A DNA stretch of 64,000 nt from Kiritimatiellia bacterium (GCA_025054615.1 JANWZO010000001.1:143499-207498); one strand, 5' to 3'; positions 45,866 through 56,005 are shown, numbered from the stretch's first letter. The notes: generated from the letters alone by a model not told the origin. Translations and numbers: made by a program.

Positions 45866-46459
45866 CTATTTCTTTTCCGAGTTGAGGATATCGATCAGTT
45901 CTTGGGTAATGTCGAATTCCCGGTCGTAGAACAGGACGTTGGGGACCCCGTTCAAGTTGTCGCCGGAAATCTCGAGGACGGCAAGATATCCCTCTCTCTC
46001 CGCGTGAGACTTCAAAGCGTCCCTGATTTCGACCACGAGCTTGTCACGGATTCGCTTCAATTGCTCGGCCATCTGGCGCCGGCGACTTTCCTCAAACCGT
46101 CGAATCCGGCTTTCCATTTCACGCATTTCGATAAGCTTTTCCTCCGCTTCCGTCCGGCGGGCGGTGCGAACCTCATCGCTCAGCGCGGTGTCTTCGGATT
46201 CCTCCCGAGCCTGCCGGAAAGATTCCTGCAGCTCCTTGAAGCGATCGACCATTTTTCGAAGTTCTTCCTTCAACTCCGATTCCTGCTCCTTGAGCTGCCC
46301 CTCGGCGAGTTTCGTTTTGTAATACTCATCAAAGACCTTGTTCATGTCGACAAAGACGATCCGCCCCGCCTCGCCCTGCGCGGCAGCGGGGTATCGAGGT
46401 GCAGCCGCAAACAAAGCGGCGGCGGCAACAACAAGGGGGAGATGTAGCGTTCGGGTCAT
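45866..46459 (-). CDS. skp: OmpH/Skp periplasmic chaperone
   Basis: Signal peptide, FVDMNKVF, coiled coil, DITQELI. Lies between bamA and lpxD. Confidence 0.9.
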   Translation of the reverse strand: MTRTLHLPLVVAAAALFAAAPRYPAAAQGEAGRIVFVDMNKVFDEYYKTKLAEGQLKEQESELKEELRKMVDRFKELQESFRQAREESEDTALSDEVRTARRTEAEEKLIEMREMESRIRRFEESRRRQMAEQLKRIRDKLVVEIRDALKSHAEREGYLAVLEISGDNLNGVPNVLFYDREFDITQELIDILNSEKK

Positions 46460-46480
46460 AGGGGCTCCTCGCAAAGTGAC

Positions 46481-48832
46481 TCAAAGCGAATAACCAATCA
46501 TAAATTGAAAGCGGCCGGAGCGGCGCCGGTCATCCGGATCGGTTTCGATGGGCCAGGCATAATCGAACCGCAGGGGAAACGCAGGGAAATCGATCCGGAG
46601 GCCGACACCCCAGTCCGAATTGTAGGTGGAAAAATCCCACTCATACGGCTCCCGATACACGTAGCCGATGTCATAGAAAAGCGCAAAGCGCAGCTTTTCA
46701 TAGACAGGGATAGTGTACTCTGCCGCACCGAACCAGGCGGTCTGGCCGCCGATTGGATCTCGGTTTTCGTCTTTCGGGCCGACCCTCCGGAATTTGAACG
46801 CGCGCAGGGTGCGGGCGCCGCCGAGGTAGAGCCGTTCGAAAACCGGTACGTCCTCAGCGTCGCCGTGAGGCTCGACGACCGACGTCCACAGGCGAAGGTT
46901 GAACACGTGGTCGTACCACAGGGGCACGAAGGTGGACACCTGTGCCTCGACGTTGTACACGTCCACATCGCCTCCGAGGGGGCCTCCGGCGTACATGCCC
47001 CCGAGGCTTGAGCGCGTGCCGCGAGTGGGAATGAACGCGCTGTCCCGTGAATCGCGAACCACGGACGCATTCAGCGAGCTCTTGAGATAGTCACCGGCCT
47101 GCGATTGGAAAAACTCCGACGCATCCGCATCCACATTGTGGATCTTGATATTCTCAAGGCCGTAGGAAAGATTGAACCGCGTAAACGCATCCAGCGGCAC
47201 GCCGATCCCGACCTCGCCCCCGGTCTCCCGCTGTTCATAGACGCGGCTGAGGTAACTGCGGTTTCTCCGGTACAAATTAACAGTCAGCGCCAACCGCCGG
47301 TCAAACAGCCACGGCTCCGTGAAGGTCAGCTCGAGGTCATTCCGCTTCGTGCCGGCCGTCCCCCGGAGCCGCAACTTCTGTCCGCCCCCGACCGGCGGCC
47401 AGTTGAAGAGATCGAAATTCCCCTGCGACAACTCGGCAAACCCGATCAGATCATCCACGCTTGAGAAACCGGCGCCGATCAGGAACTGGCCGGTCCGGCG
47501 CTCCTCGACATTGATGGCCAGGTCGACGAGATTCGTGGTGGGTGTGTCGACCGGTTCCGCTGCGACGAGGTCGAAATAGCCGAGGTTTCTGAGGCGCAGC
47601 TCGGTGTTTCGGACGCGCACATCGTTGTAGACGTCCCCGGGCAGGACCGTCACTTCTCGGCGAATGACCTTGTCCTTCGTGCGCGTGTTTCCGCGAATCA
47701 CAACATCCCGCACCCGAACCGGCTCACCCTCTTCGCGCACCGCGATCTCGACATCGACAACCGGCTCCTCTTGGCGAGGTGAAACCGAGGATTGGATCTC
47801 GCTGCGGATGTAGCCCCGACTGCCATAGAAATCGCGAACCGCCTGGTGGGCGCGGTTGAGCGCCGTTTGGGTGGCGACATCATTCGGTCGATTCGTAACC
47901 GTGCGCCGGACGTCCTCGATCGGGAATTTTTTAGGGCCAACCACGCGAATCTCGCCGAATCGATACCGAGGCCCCGTCTCGACCGGGATGAGGATGTCGA
48001 TCTTCTTTTCTCCGACTCGTTCCAGGACCGGATCCCCGACTTTTGCGTCCAGGAAGCCGCGGTCGCGCAATTCGCGGCGAACCGTCTCAAGGTCCGCGTC
48101 CAGCTCGTCTGGCTTATAGGTGCCGGCTCCCGTCAGCCAGGAAAAGATGTTTGACTGCCGCTGTTTCATCGGGCGCCGCAGATCGTGACCCGTGACCGGA
48201 GGGCGGTCAAAAAACCAGGGAAAGATGGCGCGGGCGGCGCGCTCCGCGCGTCCGGGGTCCGGAAGATCACCGAACCGGATTCGGCGGATTCTCGCACGGG
48301 GCCCTTCTTTCACCTGAACGATCACATCGGCGGTTCCGGCAATCTCATCCTCGCGGATCGTCCACGAGAGGCTGGCATCCGGAAATAATTTCTTCTGATA
48401 GTGTTCCTGGACGGCCTTTGCCCTAAGCGCAAGTACAGCGTCGTCCACCAGGTCTCCTGGGCCGAGGGCAAGCAGTTCCCGAACCTTCGCATTGCCTATT
48501 TCGTCAGCCCCTTCAATTCGGATCAGGCGGATCCGTGGCTTGCTGCGCACCTGGTAGATCACAGCTACGCCGCCGGGCGCATCTTCCACATCCGCCGCCA
48601 CATACGCGAACCGGCCCGATTGCTGAAGTGCACGAACATCTCGCGCCAGCGCGGCGCGCGTAAGCTCATCGCCGACCTTGACACTAATGAAGGACCGGAC
48701 AACAGCCTCATCGACAGGCCCGCCTCCGCGCCGTTCAATGCGGATTTCGCGGATCTCCGCGCCGAAGGCGGGGGCGCCGGCGATCGCGCAGCCAACCCAC
48801 AAGGCCCAGAGTGCTGTGCCCCAGCGCTTCAA
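46481..48832 (-). CDS. bamA: Outer-membrane protein assembly factor BamA
   Basis: Five POTRA-like repeats, GNTRTKDKVIRRE, RLYLGGARTLRAF and a terminal beta strand. TTG start. Confidence 0.93.
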   Translation of the reverse strand: MKRWGTALWALWVGCAIAGAPAFGAEIREIRIERRGGGPVDEAVVRSFISVKVGDELTRAALARDVRALQQSGRFAYVAADVEDAPGGVAVIYQVRSKPRIRLIRIEGADEIGNAKVRELLALGPGDLVDDAVLALRAKAVQEHYQKKLFPDASLSWTIREDEIAGTADVIVQVKEGPRARIRRIRFGDLPDPGRAERAARAIFPWFFDRPPVTGHDLRRPMKQRQSNIFSWLTGAGTYKPDELDADLETVRRELRDRGFLDAKVGDPVLERVGEKKIDILIPVETGPRYRFGEIRVVGPKKFPIEDVRRTVTNRPNDVATQTALNRAHQAVRDFYGSRGYIRSEIQSSVSPRQEEPVVDVEIAVREEGEPVRVRDVVIRGNTRTKDKVIRREVTVLPGDVYNDVRVRNTELRLRNLGYFDLVAAEPVDTPTTNLVDLAINVEERRTGQFLIGAGFSSVDDLIGFAELSQGNFDLFNWPPVGGGQKLRLRGTAGTKRNDLELTFTEPWLFDRRLALTVNLYRRNRSYLSRVYEQRETGGEVGIGVPLDAFTRFNLSYGLENIKIHNVDADASEFFQSQAGDYLKSSLNASVVRDSRDSAFIPTRGTRSSLGGMYAGGPLGGDVDVYNVEAQVSTFVPLWYDHVFNLRLWTSVVEPHGDAEDVPVFERLYLGGARTLRAFKFRRVGPKDENRDPIGGQTAWFGAAEYTIPVYEKLRFALFYDIGYVYREPYEWDFSTYNSDWGVGLRIDFPAFPLRFDYAWPIETDPDDRRRSGRFQFMIGYSL

Positions 48833-50256
48833 AACTCTCCCGAACTGGGCCGGAACTCGCCCGCGGCGGTGTCGGTCTGCAAGCGGTTGGCGAACCGAGT
48901 CGTTTCTTCAAAAAAATTCAACCGTATTTCTCCCGTCGGGCCGTTACGATGCTTGGCAAAGTCGACGATGGCAAGCGTCTTGTCGCTCGCCTCGGGGTCC
49001 GACGGATATTTGCAAGGCCGCCTGAGCAACATCACGACGTCCGCATCCTGCTCAATGGAGCCCGAGTCGCGCAGGTCAGATAATTTCGGCACCGCGATTT
49101 TGTCGCGCGTTTCTGGCGCGCGGCTGAGCTGGCTGAGCACAACGACGGGGACATTCAACTCTTTCGCCATCGACTTGAGGGCCGCCGAGATGGCGGCCGT
49201 TTCGCGCTGGCGCCCCTCGCCGCTCTTTTGGGTATAATTCAGCATCTGGAGGTAATCGACCACGACCAGTTGGATGTCGTACTGCTTTTTCAGCCGCCGC
49301 GCCCGCGCGCGCAGTTCCACGACCTCCAAGTTCGCGGTGTCGTCGACAAACAGCCTTGCCTTCTGAAGGTCGGCAGCCGCGTGAACCAGGCGCTGATGCT
49401 CATCGGCGGGCAGAATCCCCTTGAGCAGCCGGTGGGAGGAGATCCCCGCGCGGGAACACAGCATGCGTTTGGCCAGCGCCTGCCGCGGCATCTCCAGGCT
49501 GAAGATCGCCACGGGCCTCGGCTGGTGGTCGCACACTTCGCCCATCGCGACGTATTCCGCGATGTTCATCGCCAACGACGTCTTGCCCATCGAAGGCCGC
49601 GCCGCAATGACGATCATGTCGGCCGGCTGGAAGCCCCCAGTAATACGGTCAATGTCGACGAAGCCCGTTGGAATCCCCGTGACGCCGGTCTTGGTCTCAA
49701 AGATGTGCTCGATGTGCACCATCGTCTCCTTGATCGCCTCCGACCAGGGGATGACGCTCCGGGCCTGATAGTGGGAGATGTCAAAGAGCTTTTGGGAAAA
49801 GTCGTCGAGCAGTACATCCGCATTTTCATCGCCAAGCCTGTAGCACGCCTCGATGGCTTCGTTGGACGTCTCGATAATGCGCCGGAGAATGTGTTTCTGC
49901 CGGACGATTTCGATGTAATATTCCAGCGCCGCGGACGTAGGCGTGGAGTCGATCAGGCCCTCGATATACGAAACGCCGCCAATCAGATTGAGCTTGTCCT
50001 GGTCGCGCAGCCGCTGGCCGACGGTGAGCAGATCCACCGGCCGGCCCTTCTCATGGAGGTCGAGAATGGCCTCGAAGATCGTTCGGTGCGCAGGGATATA
50101 GAAGGATTCGGCGCTGATCCGGCGTTCGAGCGACAGGTCGATCGCGCGCGCCGCGTCCACCATCATCGAGCCAAGCAGGCCGCGTTCCGCCTCTTCACTG
50201 TGCGGAGGAACCTGCCGGGCTCGCGACGCGGTTGCCGGATCGTCCGGCCTGGCCAT
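48829..50256 (-). CDS. dnaB: Replicative DNA helicase
   Basis: PPHSEEAE, AARPSMGKT, VVVDYLQ, LSQLSR, DLRDSGSIEQDAD. Confidence 0.97.
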   Translation of the reverse strand: MARPDDPATASRARQVPPHSEEAERGLLGSMMVDAARAIDLSLERRISAESFYIPAHRTIFEAILDLHEKGRPVDLLTVGQRLRDQDKLNLIGGVSYIEGLIDSTPTSAALEYYIEIVRQKHILRRIIETSNEAIEACYRLGDENADVLLDDFSQKLFDISHYQARSVIPWSEAIKETMVHIEHIFETKTGVTGIPTGFVDIDRITGGFQPADMIVIAARPSMGKTSLAMNIAEYVAMGEVCDHQPRPVAIFSLEMPRQALAKRMLCSRAGISSHRLLKGILPADEHQRLVHAAADLQKARLFVDDTANLEVVELRARARRLKKQYDIQLVVVDYLQMLNYTQKSGEGRQRETAAISAALKSMAKELNVPVVVLSQLSRAPETRDKIAVPKLSDLRDSGSIEQDADVVMLLRRPCKYPSDPEASDKTLAIVDFAKHRNGPTGEIRLNFFEETTRFANRLQTDTAAGEFRPSSGEF

Positions 50257-50260
50257 CGGG

Positions 50261-50710
50261 CTACTCCGCAACCAAGGTCAGCTTCAATTCGGCGCGGATT
50301 TCCGGCATGAGCCGGATTTCGAGCTTGTGGGGGCCGAGCTCCTTGAGCGGATGCCCCATCATGATCTTGTGTTTGTCGACCGTGATGCCGTGTTTTCCCA
50401 AAGCAGCCGCAATATCGCCCGCGGTGACCGAGCCGAAAAGCCGACCTTCCGCGCCTGCGCGGACGGGAATGGTGAGTTCGAGGGCTTCAATTTTGGCCTT
50501 CGTCTCCTCCGCCTCCACACGCCTTGCCGCGCGCTTGGCCTCCGCGGCTGCGCGCCGTTTCTCCACCTGGCGGCGGGTGGCCGTCGTGACGGGGGCCGCG
50601 ATACTGCGGGGGATTAGGTAGTTCCGGGCATAGCCGTCGGCGACCTTCACAATGTCGCCGGTCAATCCCAATCCGTCGACATCCTCCATCAAAATGACTT
50701 CCGTTGCCAT
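50261..50710 (-). CDS. rplI: 50S ribosomal protein L9
   Basis: VKVADGYARNYLIP, GRLFGSVT. Confidence 0.97.
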   Translation of the reverse strand: MATEVILMEDVDGLGLTGDIVKVADGYARNYLIPRSIAAPVTTATRRQVEKRRAAAEAKRAARRVEAEETKAKIEALELTIPVRAGAEGRLFGSVTAGDIAAALGKHGITVDKHKIMMGHPLKELGPHKLEIRLMPEIRAELKLTLVAE

Positions 50711-50724
50711 CTCGGAACCTCCCC

Positions 50725-50979
50725 TCAGGGCAGCAACCCCATCACGCGGGCGCGGCGGATGGCGGCCTGAAGCTGGCGCTGCTGGCGGGCCGTCGCGCCC
50801 GTCATGCGGCGGGGCATGATCTTTCCGCGCTCGGTCATGAATTTGCGTAGCAGTTCGCTGTCCTTGTAGTCGATCTGCGCGACGCCCTCGAGATACTTGG
50901 CGCCCTTCTTGAGCATTGGCTGCAGATCGCCGCCCGATTCCCGGGCCCGGTTTCGTTCGGTTCGATCAGATGATGACAT
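50725..50979 (-). CDS. rpsR: 30S ribosomal protein S18
   Basis: IDYKD..LLRKF.TERGKI.PRR.TG, AIRRAR. Confidence 0.95.
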   Translation of the reverse strand: MSSSDRTERNRARESGGDLQPMLKKGAKYLEGVAQIDYKDSELLRKFMTERGKIMPRRMTGATARQQRQLQAAIRRARVMGLLP

Positions 50980-51004
50980 GGTCGGTCCTCTTCTCGTTCA
51001 TCTG

Positions 51005-51499
51005 CTAAAAGGGAAGGGAATCATCGTCGTTTTCCGGATCGTCGGAGTCGCCTTTCGGTCCCCGCGATGCGGCTGCGGGTTTCTCCGCAGAGGACTTGGC
51101 GATGCCCCCACGAACAGGCGGAACATCCTCCTCCGGCGCATCGCCAATCTCGTCGCGGCCCTGGCGGGAAGCAGGATCCAAAAACTGGACCGTCTCGGCA
51201 ATCACACTCAGCTTGGATCGCTTTTCGCCGTTTTTCTCCCATTGATCCAGTTTCAGTCTACCCTCAACGAAAATGAGTGAGCCCTTACGCAGGCAATCGC
51301 TGCAGATGTCGGCGGTCCTGCCCCACGCGGTCAGGTCGACAAAACACGTTTCCTCCCGCGCTTCCCCTTCAGCCGTCCGGTACCGCCGATTGACCGCAAG
51401 CCCCATCTCCGCCACGGAAGTCCCGGCTGGCGTCGATCGCTTCACCGGGTCTCGCGTCAGCCGGCCGATCAGGAATACCTTGTTCAAATAGGCGGACAT
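51005..51499 (-). CDS. ssb: Single-stranded DNA-binding protein
   Basis: LNKVFLIGRLTRDP, VEGRL, acidic tail DDDSLPF. Confidence 0.96.
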   Translation of the reverse strand: MSAYLNKVFLIGRLTRDPVKRSTPAGTSVAEMGLAVNRRYRTAEGEAREETCFVDLTAWGRTADICSDCLRKGSLIFVEGRLKLDQWEKNGEKRSKLSVIAETVQFLDPASRQGRDEIGDAPEEDVPPVRGGIAKSSAEKPAAASRGPKGDSDDPENDDDSLPF

Positions 51500-51505
51500 G
51501 TCACA

Positions 51506-51811
51506 TCAGGCGGCGGCACCGGCCGCTTCCGGGATTCGAATAATTTGGAATCGGAAAATCTCTTCGTTCAATTTGAACCGCATGCGCAGGGTGTCGACCT
51601 TCGATCCATCCAGACGGAATGTAACGACCATGTATTGCCCGGCATTGTGTTTTTTCAACGGCCGGGCAAAGGCGCGACGACCCAGGCGCGTCTTGGACTC
51701 AACTTTCCCGCCAAGTTTTTCAACCTCGGCCGACACTTTCTCGAGAGCGCTTTCCAGAGCCTCGTCGTTGAAGGACTCGGGAAAAATGATCATGGCCTCG
51801 TATCTGTTCAT
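51506..51811 (-). CDS. rpsF: 30S ribosomal protein S6
   Basis: RYEAMII, GRRAFARPLKK, and rpsF-ssb-rpsR-rplI synteny. Confidence 0.93.
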   Translation of the reverse strand: MNRYEAMIIFPESFNDEALESALEKVSAEVEKLGGKVESKTRLGRRAFARPLKKHNAGQYMVVTFRLDGSKVDTLRMRFKLNEEIFRFQIIRIPEAAGAAA

Positions 51812-51865
51812 TCTGTCCCTCTTTCCGCGTAAAAACTGATACTTTGCCAGGTCCCGTCGCCCGAT

Positions 51866-52432
51866 TCAATTAAATCTATTCATCGCCTGATCCCACCCTT
51901 CTCGAAGCGCCACTGCAATCGCGTCGGCGGCCCTTCGGATGGCCTCCTCAATCACCGGCCGCTCGGTGGAACCGAATCGGCCGAGTACGTGTTCAACCGT
52001 GTCGCGCTCCGCATCCCGCCCGATCCCGATCCGCACTCTCGGAAACGCTTCCGTGCCGAGATGGGCAATCAGGGATTTGAGCCCATTGTGCCCGCCGGCG
52101 CCGCCGCTTTTTCGGAGCCTCAAACGGCCGAGCGGCAGATCCACGTCGTCGACTGCCACAATCAGGTCGGCGGGCGCAATTCCTTTTTTCCGAACCAGCG
52201 GCGCCACGGCCTCGCCGCTCCGGTTCATGAACGTGGACGGTTTGAACAACAACAGGGCGCAACCTTCGAGCATGCCCTCCGCCAGCTCGCCGGTGAACCG
52301 CCAGCTCTTCCGGAACGAAAGCCCCAGCCGGCGGGCCAGTTCGTCGACGACGTCGAATCCCACATTGTGACGGGTACCTTCGTACTCGCGGCCGGGGTTG
52401 CCCAAACCGACAATCAGCTTCATGTCCAGCAT
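51866..52432 (-). CDS. pth: Peptidyl-tRNA hydrolase
   Basis: LIVGLGNPG..Y..TRHNVGF, KPSTFMN.SG, GGHNGLKS. Confidence 0.97.
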   Translation of the reverse strand: MLDMKLIVGLGNPGREYEGTRHNVGFDVVDELARRLGLSFRKSWRFTGELAEGMLEGCALLLFKPSTFMNRSGEAVAPLVRKKGIAPADLIVAVDDVDLPLGRLRLRKSGGAGGHNGLKSLIAHLGTEAFPRVRIGIGRDAERDTVEHVLGRFGSTERPVIEEAIRRAADAIAVALREGWDQAMNRFN

Positions 52433-52482
52433 CGGAATGCCGGGGGCGCGGCGCGATCTCCGTCATGCCGCCGCGGCGCGGA

Positions 52483-53202
52483 CTATTTCTTCGCTTCCTT
52501 CGCGGGCGCGGCCTTCTCCTCTTTCTCCTTCTCTTTCTTCGGCGCCTCGCCTGCTGCCTGCTCTTCCTTCTTCTCCTTGATCACTTCCGGCTCGGCCGCC
52601 GCTGCCGCGGCCGCCGCGGCCGCAGGTGCCTCTTCCTGGCGAGGCGCGGACACGGCGACGATCGCAATGCTCCTGTCCGTGATCAGCGTATACTTGGCCG
52701 GATCGAGCTTCACATCGCCCGCCGTCAGGCTTTCGCCGATCTTCAGAGGCGAGACATCGACATCAAACGCCTCGACGATATCCATCGGCAGACATTCCAC
52801 TTCGATGCTGCGCACCAGATGTTCGAGGACGCCGCCTTGCTGCGAAACGCCGACGGGCGTCCCGACAAGGCGGACGGGGATCTCCAGCCGCAACTTCTCG
52901 GTCATGGAGATCTCGTGAAAGTCGGCATGCAGAATCTGGCCCGTGATGGGGTGCTGCTGCACTTCCTGAAGCAGGACCTTCTTGACCTCGACGCCCGGGA
53001 TTTCGAGGTCGATCATTACGTGCTCCGACGTATGACCGTGCACCGCGCGTCGAAACGCCTTCTCATCAACCGACACGATTACCGGCGCCTTGCCAACGCC
53101 ATACACGACGCCCGGAAATTTCCCAGCGCGTCGCAAGCGCCGTCCGGCGCCCGACCCCGTTTCTCGGCGAACTTCCGCCGTCAATTTGACTGCCATTACC
53201 AT
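52483..53202 (-). CDS. rplY: 50S ribosomal protein L25 (TL5/CTC type)
   Basis: RRLRRAGKFPGVVYG, QQHPI...ILHADF, GGVLE. Confidence 0.95.
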   Translation of the reverse strand: MVMAVKLTAEVRRETGSGAGRRLRRAGKFPGVVYGVGKAPVIVSVDEKAFRRAVHGHTSEHVMIDLEIPGVEVKKVLLQEVQQHPITGQILHADFHEISMTEKLRLEIPVRLVGTPVGVSQQGGVLEHLVRSIEVECLPMDIVEAFDVDVSPLKIGESLTAGDVKLDPAKYTLITDRSIAIVAVSAPRQEEAPAAAAAAAAAAEPEVIKEKKEEQAAGEAPKKEKEKEEKAAPAKEAKK

Positions 53203-53240
53203 TTTTTCTTCTCCGCGCCCTGTCGCCAGGGCATCACTGC

Positions 53241-54167
53241 CTACACTCGAAACAACGACGTAACCGACTGATTGTTGTGCACCCGCAGGATTGCCTCTCC
53301 CAGCAACTCCGCGACGGACAAGATGGTGACCTTGAACCCGTCGAAGGTGCGGGGCGGCACGCTGTCCGTCGTGATCAACTCCTCAATCGGAGACGCCTTG
53401 AGCCGCTCGACGCCAAGGTCCGTCAGCAGACAATGGGTGACGGCCGCTTTGACCGATATCGCGCCGTGCTGCTTCAGCAGCACTGCCGCGCTGGTCAGCG
53501 TTCCCGCCGTGGTTGTGAGATCGTCGACCAGCAGCGCATTCCTTCCACTGACATCGCCGACGATGCTGATTGCCTCCACCTCGGTGGCGCTCTTCCGCTG
53601 TTTACCCACGATCGCCAGGCCGGCGCCAAGCATGTTGGCGTACGCATAGGCCATTTTCAGCCCGCCCGGGTCTGGAGAAACGACCACGAGATCCTGAAGG
53701 TTCCTCTGCCGCAGGTGTTTGACGATCACGGGCGCCGCGTAGAGGTGGTCGACCGGAATGTCAAAAAAGCCCTGAATCTGCTGCGCATGGAAATCCATGG
53801 CGATCAGGCGATCGGCCCCTGCCGCGACGAGCAAATTCGCAATCAGCTTGGCCGTGATGGGCACGCGGGGCTGGTCCTTGCGGTCCTGTCGGCCATATCC
53901 GTAGAAGGGAATGACGGGTGTGATCCTTGCCGCCGACGCGCGCTTCGCCGCATCGATCATGATCAGCAGCTCCATGATATTCTCGTTCGGCGGCATGCAC
54001 GTCGGCTGGACGATGAACACATCCTGCCCGCGGATGTTCTCAACAATCTTGACAAAGATCTCCCCGTCCGGAAACCGGCTGATCTGCACACCGCCGAGCG
54101 GCTCGCCGATGTATTCGGCGATCGCCTTCGCCAGAGCCGGATGCGAATTGCCAGACAGTAATTTCAC
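53241..54167 (-). CDS. prs: Ribose-phosphate pyrophosphokinase
   Basis: FPDGE, YGRQDRK, VVSPDPGG, LLVDDLTTTAGT. Confidence 0.97.
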   Translation of the reverse strand: MKLLSGNSHPALAKAIAEYIGEPLGGVQISRFPDGEIFVKIVENIRGQDVFIVQPTCMPPNENIMELLIMIDAAKRASAARITPVIPFYGYGRQDRKDQPRVPITAKLIANLLVAAGADRLIAMDFHAQQIQGFFDIPVDHLYAAPVIVKHLRQRNLQDLVVVSPDPGGLKMAYAYANMLGAGLAIVGKQRKSATEVEAISIVGDVSGRNALLVDDLTTTAGTLTSAAVLLKQHGAISVKAAVTHCLLTDLGVERLKASPIEELITTDSVPPRTFDGFKVTILSVAELLGEAILRVHNNQSVTSLFRV

Positions 54168-54177
54168 AGTTCCGAGT

Positions 54178-54251
54178 TGGTTGCCCGACTAGGATTCGAA
54201 CCTAGACTCTGGCCTCCAAAGGGCCGTGTGCTGCCGTTACACCATCGGGCA
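54178..54251 (-). tRNA. tRNA-Gln (anticodon UUG)
   Basis: Acceptor stem TGCCCGA/TCGGGCA, anticodon loop CT-TTG-GA, T-loop GGTTCGAATCC and encoded CCA. Conserved position upstream of prs. Confidence 0.95.
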
Positions 54252-54475
54252 ATTGGTCCGGACCATTTGTACCACAAATGGCCCTAGGTCACCCGACCTT
54301 TGACAAATCGCCCGGACGGACGCCCTGCCGGTTGCCCGGCGTCGGACGCAAGGGTCGGGAACCTAGGCCATGCATTCTAAACCGTCAAGCGTGAAAGCGC
54401 AAATCACGGCCTCGAGCGGGCCGGTCCGCGCAGGCCGATTTTCTCAGCCCGTCGGCGCGACCGGATTGGAGGCCC

Positions 54476-56005
54476 ATGCATCTCCGTGTAAGATCCGGAA
54501 TGTCAATGAAGGGGCCCTGCACCGCTATTGAACCTTCCGATGACGGACCTGTGCGGTCGCTTGTGCTGGCTGCCGATCCGGCCCGCCGCGAAGAACTCCG
54601 GCAAACTGCCCTCCGCGCCGGCGAGTCGGCGGCGGCTGCAACGGAATCGGAGGCGGCCCAACTCCTGGCATTCGGCGAATTCGAAGTCCTCATCGCCGAC
54701 GGATCGCACGGCGACGAAGCGATTTGCCTAGCGATCGATGTGGCGCACAGCCTGTTCCCCTGGCTCCGTGTCATTGTTTTGGCCGGGTCCGAATGGCAAG
54801 ACCAGGCTTTCGAGAATCACGCACTGCAGATTCTCCCGCATACAGCTTCGCCGGAAATGCTGCTCTGCGAGATCTTCCGCGCGGCTGAGTTGGCTCAAAG
54901 CCGGGCCCGAATCTCGGCGGGCGCCATACCGAACACCGCATGCGCCGCGCTGCACGCCTTTCGTCGTGCTATGGAATCGGCTTTCGACGAGCGCGGCGCA
55001 GAGCTGGCATTCGACCATTTCTTCGAAGGGCTGGCCACGTCTCTGCCCGCGGCCTTGGCCGCCGGCATTTGGTGGGGCGCAGAGGAATCGGCCCTGCACC
55101 TGAAGGCGCTTCAAAACGTATCCGCGCCATTTCTGGATGCGTTTGCAGCGCGCCTTTCCCGCCGAGCAACCGCCTTCTTCGGGCGTGCCGCTGACCGCAT
55201 TTCTGGCCCGGCAAATTTTGACAACGGGTCAAACGAGTCCCGCGCTCGAAGCCTGGCCGGCCCGACAGATCTGGTCGCTCCGCTCTTTCGGGGCCGTGAG
55301 CTGGCCGGACTGTTGGCCGTTACATCTGCACAGCCGTTTACATTCTCGGCCAGCGACGCGATCACGCTCCGCCACGCCGCGAATTACCTCGCCATCGCGA
55401 AATTCGCTAGGGTCCGGCTTCTCGATGCCACCGGCCGCGACCCGCTGACGGGTCTCCTGAATCGAACGGGTCTAAAGGAAGCCACGCGCCGCCTCTGGCT
55501 TCTGGCCAAACGACACGGCTGGCCGATCGGCGCGGTCATGATCGATATCGATGGTTTCAAACAAATCAACGACCAGTACGGCCACGCGGCGGGCGACGAC
55601 GCTTTGCGCGAACTGGCGGCGCTGATGACGCAAACCGCGAGGCGCAGCGACATTCTCGCAAGACTCGGCGGAGATGAACTGGTCGCGATCTTGCCTCACG
55701 CATCGACTCAGGACGCGCTGGCCTTCGCGCGCCGCTTGCAGAGATCAGTTCACGAGTTCGTATTCGGTCGAGAACGCTCAAACTCGATTCATCTTTCCTT
55801 ATCGATCGGCGTGGCCAGCAGCGGGGACGTTCCGGAGGACAACGCACCGCCGGAAGCGCTCCTCGAGCGGTCGGATCAGGCCCTGTACGCTGCCAAAGCG
55901 GCTGGGCCAGGATCCATCCGGAGCCATTCGGTCGATTCTCAGCCGAACACCGCTGACGGGCGCAAAGGCTGCGCCCGAAGGGAGCAGCGGCCGAAGAGGG
56001 CGTAA
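54476..56005 (+). CDS. GGDEF-domain protein (diguanylate cyclase-like) with degenerate REC-like and GAF-like N-terminal regions
   Basis: DPLTGLLNR, DIDGFKQINDQYGHAAGD, RRSD I-site, GGDEL active-site variant. Start codon uncertain. Confidence 0.85.
   Translation: MHLRVRSGMSMKGPCTAIEPSDDGPVRSLVLAADPARREELRQTALRAGESAAAATESEAAQLLAFGEFEVLIADGSHGDEAICLAIDVAHSLFPWLRVIVLAGSEWQDQAFENHALQILPHTASPEMLLCEIFRAAELAQSRARISAGAIPNTACAALHAFRRAMESAFDERGAELAFDHFFEGLATSLPAALAAGIWWGAEESALHLKALQNVSAPFLDAFAARLSRRATAFFGRAADRISGPANFDNGSNESRARSLAGPTDLVAPLFRGRELAGLLAVTSAQPFTFSASDAITLRHAANYLAIAKFARVRLLDATGRDPLTGLLNRTGLKEATRRLWLLAKRHGWPIGAVMIDIDGFKQINDQYGHAAGDDALRELAALMTQTARRSDILARLGGDELVAILPHASTQDALAFARRLQRSVHEFVFGRERSNSIHLSLSIGVASSGDVPEDNAPPEALLERSDQALYAAKAAGPGSIRSHSVDSQPNTADGRKGCARREQRPKRA

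Noticed and set aside
48829..50256. Possible intein in dnaB
   Set aside because: Normal length and contiguous helicase motifs.
52590..52630. GCC/GCG-rich low-complexity tract
   Set aside because: It encodes the poly-Ala tail typical of long L25 proteins.
54178..54251. tRNA-Gln as an integration site for an island
   Set aside because: prs follows immediately, and I saw no integrase or duplicated tRNA 3' end.
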